Positions 60,101-64,000 of a stretch of DNA of 64,000 nt are shown in pieces. Each line of letters begins with the position of its first letter. Positions within the stretch are counted from its first letter, which is position 1. A program made the position numbers and the translations under genes. The notes under the pieces were generated by a model, which saw only the letters and a program-made list of their open reading frames with translations, was not told the DNA's origin and made no database searches. Origin of the DNA: Vicugna vicugna (lineage: Eukaryota); NCBI GenBank assembly GCA_013265495.1, contig MU057651.1, forward strand, positions 496,001-560,000, read 5' to 3'.

Positions 60101-61335
60101 GTTAGAAAAGCTGCTCACAAATCATTGTCTCCAGTGGTATTTTCGGTCTAGAGAAGTCAAGTCTAGATGAGTGTCAACCAAGGCAGAAAATGGGATATAA
60201 GCTTCTTTGCGCAAGGCCTAGCTAGTATTTATTTTTCTATTCCTATATAAAGTATAGAGAAGAAAAGGGAAGTAAGAACCAAAGTCCTAGGTCATTCTGG
60301 TATGTGGGTCTTATGCTAAAAGTCCCAGAATAGACTTAGTGAGATAGTCTCTTGATTATCTAAAAAGAGAACTTTAATCACTACATTAAAAATAAATGTT
60401 ACTTTGTTCCAGCTGTAAACCCATATTTGGTCATCAAGTGTGGAAAGGAGCAAGTCCGTTCTCCAGTTCAAAAGAATACTGTTCATGCCATTTTTGACAC
60501 CCAGGCCATTTTCTACCGAAGGACCACTGACATTCCTATTATAGTGCAGGTGAGAATGTGAACAGGATCCCCCAGGATGTCTCCTACTCAATATCCGTAC
60601 TAAGATCCTAAGTAACCCAAAGATGTCTGGGATACAGAGCGAGGGTTATCCCAGTGTTTTGCTTGTTTGTGTTGTACTGAAAGACACCTCCCACCAGGCA
60701 CATTCCCTGATTTCCTTACTCATCTCCATCCTAAATAGCCTCTCCTCTGCTTATTTCATCATAGGCAGAAGTCCACATGTTGGCAGACACACACGTTAAC
60801 ACGTGAACTGTAACGTCCCAGGTGGGGAAGCACGTGCCAGTTCAGATGACCCTCATCCTGCCCTGTCAGGACAGACCACTACAGTTTGGTTGTTTTTCTG
60901 ACTTAGTGCTACTGACCAGCTGCCTTTAGGTAGCCATATCAGAGGTCAAGGTTGATCCAGAGCTCTGTCTGCTGGCTTTTTGTCTCTGCTCTTTCAGGTA
61001 CCTTCCCCTTCGCCAGAGAGGTATCAAGAGAGATAGTCTCTTGGTTTTTGAGCAGACCTTTCTAAGGTCAGCATTAGATTCTAGGTGCCACTAGGCCAAG
61101 TCCAATGTCACAGAGGGTTGCTCATCTTCATTCTCTTGACTTGTCTTTCCAGGTCTGGAACAGACGAAAATTCTGTGATCAGTTCCTGGGGCAGGTTACT
61201 CTGGATGCTGACCCCAGTGACTGCCGGGATCTGAAATCTCTGTACCTGCGTAAGAAGGGTGGCCCAACTGCCAAAGTGAAACAAGGCCACATCAGCTTCA
61301 AGGTTATTTCGAGTGACGATCTCACTGAGCTCTAA
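44959..61335 (+). CDS. CAPN6: Calpain-6 (non-proteolytic calpain), complete 641-aa spliced CDS
   Basis: join(44959-45123,53849-53980,55007-55215,55700-55892,56443-56636,56892-56969,57077-57263,58843-58965,59144-59346,59921-60042,60413-60549,61153-61335) = 1926 nt; all GT-AG, phases consistent; [20 protein letters not shown]...SSDDLTEL*; CysPc, CBSW and C2 domains. Confidence 0.98.
45829..45950 (+). mobile_element. Camelid-type L1 extreme 3' end
   Basis: tatgttcatgtatgactgaagcattatgctgtacaccagaaattggcacaacattgtaaactgactatacttcaa; near-identical motif recurs at 53740-53790. Confidence 0.8.
46248..46266 (+). promoter_or_regulatory. Candidate CTCF site (intron 2)
   Basis: TTGCCACCAGGTGGTGCTA vs consensus TGGCCACCAGGGGGCGCTA. 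Confidence 0.6.
49340..49715 (-). mobile_element. L1MB-type 3' end
   Basis: ttaacagctttatcaaagtacaattta...cagagttgtgcaaacatcaccacaatc...ggcaaccactaatctact. Confidence 0.8.
51110..51430 (+). mobile_element. L3/CR1 3' fragment (followed by MIR ~51450-51590)
   Basis: gaggtagttgcatctccatccctg...ggtccagaggttccttc...tggttctg. Confidence 0.55.
53562..53653 (+). mobile_element. tRNA-Ala-derived SINE (camelid vic-1 type) with A tail
   Basis: gggagggtatagctcagtggtag...gcttagc...ggtcctgggttcaatccccagtacctcca + poly(A); Pol III A and B boxes present. Confidence 0.85.
53676..53800 (+). mobile_element. Camelid-type L1 3' end, tail-less
   Basis: gtagtaacacatagtgaaaaaagaatatgaaaac...tgctgtacaccagaaattgacacaacattgtaaa. 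Confidence 0.75.
53849..53980 (+). CDS. CAPN6: CAPN6 exon 3 (contains Lys81 at the catalytic Cys position)
   Basis: tacag|GAC...DICDDPRL...[13 protein letters not shown]...HWTK|gtattc. Confidence 0.97.
55007..55215 (+). CDS. CAPN6: CAPN6 exon 4
   Basis: ttccag|ACA...[22 protein letters not shown]...LLEKAYA AA|gtaag. Confidence 0.97.
55700..55892 (+). CDS. CAPN6: CAPN6 exon 5
   Basis: ccccag|A CTG...[10 protein letters not shown]...CCSIE|gtttgt. Confidence 0.97.
56443..56636 (+). CDS. CAPN6: CAPN6 exon 6 (His252, Asn284)
   Basis: ctctcag|TCT...[11 protein letters not shown]...RLRNPLG...WSE AT|gtaagt. Confidence 0.97.
56892..56969 (+). CDS. CAPN6: CAPN6 exon 7
   Basis: ttttag|T TCT GAG GAG TGG...DDGEF TG|gtgagg. 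Confidence 0.96.
57077..57263 (+). CDS. CAPN6: CAPN6 exon 8
   Basis: attcag|G ATG AGC...[16 protein letters not shown]|gtttga. Confidence 0.97.
58250..58345. repeat. GA-rich low-complexity tract
   Basis: Direct reading. Confidence 0.85.
58843..58965 (+). CDS. CAPN6: CAPN6 exon 9
   Basis: cccttag|TAC ATC TTC...YIIGFELFK|gtaaga. Confidence 0.97.
59144..59346 (+). CDS. CAPN6: CAPN6 exon 10
   Basis: ttccag|GTG GAG ATG...[16 protein letters not shown]|gttctg. Confidence 0.97.
59921..60042 (+). CDS. CAPN6: CAPN6 exon 11
   Basis: ttccag|G GAG CTG ACT...KKYANE A|gtaaga. Confidence 0.97.
60413..60549 (+). CDS. CAPN6: CAPN6 exon 12
   Basis: ttccag|CT GTA AAC CCA TAT...DIPIIVQ|gtgaga. Confidence 0.97.
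61153..61335 (+). CDS. CAPN6: CAPN6 exon 13, coding part
   Basis: ttccag|GTC TGG AAC...[11 protein letters not shown]. Confidence 0.97.
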   Translation, partial: VWNRRKFCDQFLGQVTLDADPSDCRDLKSLYLRKKGGPTAKVKQGHISFKVISSDDLTEL

Positions 61336-62825
61336 ATCTCCAGCTCCAGAGAATCCTGACAGAGCTTTCCCACCCTTTTATTTTCTGTCAGAGGCTGATT
61401 CTTAGCTAAGATTTATAATCTTTTGAACGAAAGAAATTCACAGTAATTAACTTTTCCTTTCTTCTGATAAGTTCCCCATACCTCCCGATCCAAGTAGCGT
61501 AAGTAGCTACGTAACCTATATACCTCCAGCAGCTGGACGGGGGGAGGTGACAGTCCTATCTGGAGATCAGACAGATGTTTGCCAAAGAAGGATCTCTGGG
61601 GCTTCCGGGGGTGAGATTCAAGCAGGACAACAACAACAGCCTGGACACCCTACTGATATCTTTACTGCTTTCAGGTGCTCAATATTAATTTCCCTGTAGG
61701 GCATGTTTGGGAAGGAGGAGGGGTGATCGAGGCCAAGCTGGTCTAGCCTGACATCCTAGCTCCGATCTGAACACTGCAGCTGTCCCCCCAGCAGCGTTTC
61801 ACCCAGCAGCCAGAGCCTGTTTCCACGTCCCCAGCCTGTACCACCACCGCCACCACCATCACATCCACCACCACCAGTCACCACCTCCGGAAAGTGTAGT
61901 CCTGCCCTCACTCCAGTCACCCCCCCATAGTAGGTTTTAACTTCATGTTGAGGAAGCTTCCTAGGTGCTTAATCAAGAGCTGGAGTTTGGTGAGGCTCAG
62001 ACAGCAGGAAGGGCCTGAGCTCCAGCTCCGTGGAAGCCAGCTGTGTGCCACAAGAGGGAAAAAGTGGAAGAAGCTGCAGTGGGAGACAGAGCCTCGGTCC
62101 CCCACCCATCCACACACACCTACACTCACACACGCGCACATAGGCGCGCACGAACTACCGTTCAGGCAGTCAGTGGGCAAGAGGAAGGATGACGAAGGAC
62201 CACACCCACTGCCAGGATGAGAGACTCCATCCAGGCAGAGTCTCCACCCCAGCCAGTTCGGGGCCCCTGACTGCAATGTGAAACCTCCTGCTGCTGCTAG
62301 GTTGACAAGCTCGTTGTCCTGTGCCTCCTAATATCATTGGTACTGAAGACCCCATCTGGGGGCTTGAGACTTTGGGTCCCACCCCAGACCCCTCAGGCTT
62401 TTTCTCTCAGTTGGGAAGCTTCGCTCCCTGGGGGTGTTTGTTTGCCCTCTTGTTTCTTTCAGTACTTCTACGGTATTTCCTCTAGAGTCAGTCATTCTAG
62501 AATGCCCTTCCCGCCATCTCCTCCATCAACATTCTACCCCTCCTTCAAGGCCCAGCATAAATACCACCTCCTCCGTGAAGCCTTTCCCCAACCCCCCCGA
62601 CCCCTCACCTCCTACAATATTTCCACGCTTCTGCAATGATGAATAAAATAACCTAGCTGTAGTACGTAGTCTAGTCCAGCACGCGATCATTTAAAAAATT
62701 ATTTCATAGGGTTTTTTTGCTCGCTCCTTTCTTAACCATGTTTTTCAGTCTGTGTAACCTCTGCGGTGCCTTCACCACACTGCCTTACATAATCCAAACC
62801 ACAATAAAGTTCACATTTAATAACT
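61336..62825 (+). other. CAPN6: CAPN6 3'UTR, with (CCA)-rich tract ~61840-61885
   Basis: Follows TAA; AATAAA at 62642-62647 and 62803-62808. Confidence 0.8.
62803..62808 (+). terminator. CAPN6: CAPN6 distal poly(A) signal AATAAA
   Basis: AATAAA with upstream TGTA and downstream tcttgatttgatt. Confidence 0.7.
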
Positions 62826-63516
62826 TGACCAGTCTTGATTTGATTCGATGGCACAGGAGAGATGGCAAGAGTGGCCATCTGCTGAAACTTGTTTCGGAGC
62901 GGTTAGAGGTTGGGGTGAGGGTGGGGGCAAAGCTTCCTGTGACTGAAGGAGGCAAGACTACCCAAGACTGATGGAGTCAGAGGCCTAGGCTGTGTTCTCA
63001 CTGTGTAGTCCTTCATCCAGGTGGGGACAGGGTTGATAGAATGGAGAAGGGGCCCTTCTCTATGCCATATTTCGGGATATTTGGATGGTATTTGGGGCTA
63101 CCTGATTTTGAAACCCCTCTGAGATTGGACTCCAGGCCAAAGTCACAGCAGACAGATCTTTCAAGAGCGGGCCTCCCAACGGAAGAAGATATCAACTCCT
63201 CCCTCCTGGCATATGCCTTAGAGCCGAATGAATGCAAAGGTTTCACTCACTTGCTTCCACACTCTATCTGCCATCGGCCCATTTTAGGGTAGGCTTTGGG
63301 TGAAACTCCTCTCTTTTGTCCTTGAGTTCTGCCTCTTTGGCAGGAAAGGATGCTCAGGCAGGGGAGGGGTCTCCAAGAATAGAAGAATGGTCCTCAAGCA
63401 CAGCCCTCATTCCCTGTCCCTGAAACACCAACCCAGAACCTGCTGTCTTAAGCATAGATGTGGTAGAGCTTTGTCAGAAATGAAGTGTCCGATACAGATA
63501 ATGTAATAGTTCTGTA

Positions 63517-63535
63517 TGGTCACCAGATGGCACTA
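63517..63535 (+). promoter_or_regulatory. Candidate CTCF site downstream of CAPN6
   Basis: TGGTCACCAGATGGCACTA, close match to the CTCF core motif. Confidence 0.7.
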
Positions 63536-63609
63536 TGATATTACCATTAAGCTCAAAGGTGCTACCATCTTTTAAGGATGAGAAATTTTTTCCCTGAATA
63601 AAAAGGTAG

Positions 63610-63860
63610 AAAAGAAAAAGAACTAACAGCTTTTGATTGTCTGCCGTGTGTCAGACTCCATTCTCAGTGATTTATATACATGATCTCATTTTCATTCACA
63701 TAACGACCATATGAAGTGTTGTCATTATCCGTGTTTTTCAAAGATAAGGAAATGAAGGAACAGAGAAGATAAATAACTTGCTCAAGGTGGTTTATAATTA
63801 TATGACCATTAGGCAGATAATCACGTCTATTTGACTCCTAAACCTTGACCTTTTCCATGG
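63610..63860 (-). mobile_element. MIR SINE
   Basis: tttttcaaagataaggaaatgaaggaacagagaagataaataacttgctcaagg. Confidence 0.75.
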
Positions 63861-64000
63861 AAATATGCTGTCCCCCAGAAAGTGGTGACATCTTTACATC
63901 TGTATTACCAGCCGTGTAGTCACAATACTGTACCAAGAACTGTGCAAGTAGCACACACCAAATGTTTCTCTTAGAATCTTTACTTCTCTAACTTACATCT

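Overview
Mammalian genomic DNA, most likely camelid: it carries a vic-1-type tRNA-Ala-derived SINE and camelid-type L1 3' ends, and I saw no Alu, BovB, PRE-1 or Can-SINE. The window covers the X-linked DCX-CAPN6 neighbourhood, with both genes on the + strand. It holds the end of the last DCX intron, the DCX terminal coding exon (4904-4960, DLYLPLSLDDSDSLGDSM*) and its ~8.4 kb 3'UTR (poly(A) signal 13331). A ~25 kb repeat-rich intergenic region follows, then the complete CAPN6 (calpain-6) gene. CAPN6 has a non-coding exon 1 (~38531-38691) and 12 coding exons (44959-61335) that join to 1926 nt / 641 aa, with all introns GT-AG. Its catalytic Cys is replaced by Lys81, and its 3'UTR runs to ~62825. 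Nearly all other ORF-track entries are chance ORFs or repeat-derived. I see no prokaryote-type or clearly new biological system. The best leads are: a candidate alternative coding terminal exon inside the DCX 3'UTR; a UAG/UGCAUG-dense distal UTR block; a chimeric twin-primed L1 insertion; a CpG-rich intergenic block with a 60-nt cassette; and CTCF/HOX/CArG motif architecture around CAPN6. Repeat family names and boundaries are from recall of consensus sequences and are approximate.
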